Source of the DNA: Hormiphora californensis
Lineage: Eukaryota; Animalia; Ctenophora
Length of the DNA: 64,000 nucleotides
Assembly: GCA_020137815.1 (NCBI GenBank)
Contig: CM035353.1
Span: 2,914,001-2,978,000 of the forward strand
Reading direction: 5' to 3'
The notes beneath the pieces were generated by a model. The model saw nothing but the letters and a program-made list of their open reading frames with translations, did not search any database and was not told where the DNA came from. The position numbers and the translations under genes are program-made. Shown here one piece after another: positions 62,456-64,000 of this stretch (position 1 is its first letter; each line of letters starts with the position of its first letter).

Positions 62456-64000
62456 TTTCTATTAGATATGAGCGCCGCTTTTGACACAGTGGACCATGGA
62501 AAGCTGCTAGAAGTTCTGGAAGAACGGTTTGGAGTGAAGGGTTCTGTCTTGGATTGGTTCGCCAACTATCTACAAATGAGGACTTATCGGGTAAACGTGG
62601 AAGGGGAACTTTCGAGGATTGTCTCTCTGATTTGTGGAGTTCCGCAAGGTTCACTGCTTGGACCTGTGTTGTTTTTAACTGTATGTGGAGGAATTGCAAG
62701 ATTTGGCCCAAACCGTATGGCTTAAGGATTAAACTTTATGCTGATGACTCGCAATTGTACATCGTTTTGTTCCAACTGATGAGGAAAACTGGAAACTGGC
62801 AAAGGAGAGGACTGAGGAATGCTTGTCAAGTGTGAAGATGTATGAGTGAGCACTGGCTAAAGTGCAATGAGGCAAAGACTGATTCCTGCTTTTTAGGCAA
62901 AAACAGCGCCCTGGATAAGATGGTCTATCAGCCCACTGTGGACTTTGGTGGAGTGGAGATAAGCCCAGTGGACTTTACGGGAGGACAGAGTACAGGGAAA
63001 ACACAGAGTGTTCCTTGATAGCAACCTCTCTATGGAGAGGCAAATCAACAGTGTTAAGAGGCAATGTGGTTTGTTGTTGAAGAATCTATGGCAGGTAAAC
63101 CGGTGTCTAGATAGATCGACGAAGATTCTCCTTGTTAAGCAGCTCATCATTTCAAGACTGGATTATTGTAATATCCTTTACCATGGCTTACCTAAGAAGC
63201 TTCTCAACAGCCTTCAGAGAGTCTTGAACTCGTGTGTCAGATTTGTTTATGGCCTACATGGTCACCAAGACACCTACATGCCATACTTGAAAGAATTGCA
63301 TGTTCTTCCTGTGGAACAACGAGTCACGTTCAAAGCATGCCTTATGGCGTACAAGATTGTACATGGATTGGCCCCTGACTACCTGCAAGATCAGGTCCCT
63401 GTTGATGATGGACTTCATGTGATCCGGTCTACTAGAGGAAATGCTTGGCCTGATGGCCTCAAGCTGAAGTACCCTAAGCTATCAAGTGTCAACGCGACTT
63501 CCAAGTTGAGAAGAAGACGTCCGTCGGTTTACCTGCCTGAAGTCTGGAATAGGCTTCCCCTTGATCTGAGAGCTGTTGAGTCTGTGGAATCTTTCAAGTC
63601 TAAGCTCAAGACTAGTCTTTTCACTGAGGCTTTTGGTGAGACTGGACTGTCCTCTTAACACTCTCCTTCTTGCTGAGGTATGTGCTCTGGCTGGTACCCG
63701 TTTTTAATTATTTTTCTGTATTTAAGCTCGTGGCGAGCAGAAGTGTGAAGCATAAATTGGGGTTTTTTCATAGCACGAGTGTTTTTCTGTGTTTCCAATA
63801 TACGGACTTTTATATCATTTTTTAGAGTTCCAGGACTCTAACTCAGTCTGTTATGTAATCAGTCACCGATAGTTATGTGAGCCGATAGTAATGTGAGCCG
63901 GTGTAATTTTTCTTTATTATTTTTTGTTCTATTAGGGATAAGTTGGCGAGGTCTTACCAGTATATTAACCGTTCAGATCATCCTTCAGTGACAGCAGCAG
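62456..64000 (+). mobile_element. 5'-truncated second copy of the same L2/CR1 LINE; runs off the window
   Basis: Near-identical to ~7764-9300; indels in its 5' part. Confidence 0.95.

Overview
Repeat-rich animal genomic DNA, most likely a cydippid ctenophore (Pleurobrachia-like). This is inferred from a 41-nt motif that I recall as the ctenophore spliced leader (SL), and it needs verifying. Spliced genes reconstructed by hand: an ankyrin/SOCS-box gene (-), a protein with a CstF-50-like dimerization domain but no WD40 (-), ISY1 (+), V-ATPase subunit D (+), and a Shaker-family Kv channel (-). The Kv gene has duplicated alternative filter/S6 last exons and carries a nested LDLa-GPCR and a tRNA-Arg(ACG) in its introns. 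There is also an intronless orphan 7TM gene. Mobile DNA: a full-length and a truncated L2/CR1-group LINE, an intact-ORF Ty3/Gypsy element with non-repeated termini, a CRE-like fragment, a tandem Helitron, and many MITEs and foldbacks. The standout observation is that two unrelated retroelements (the full-length LINE and a Penelope/hammerhead-like inverted element) both begin with the same SL-like exon joined without its GT donor. This suggests retroelements whose 5' ends are made by SL trans-splicing. Scattered single-base frameshifts and garbled stretches near (CT)n tracts suggest assembly indel errors, so pseudogene calls are withheld. Coordinates were counted by hand and may be off by a few bases.
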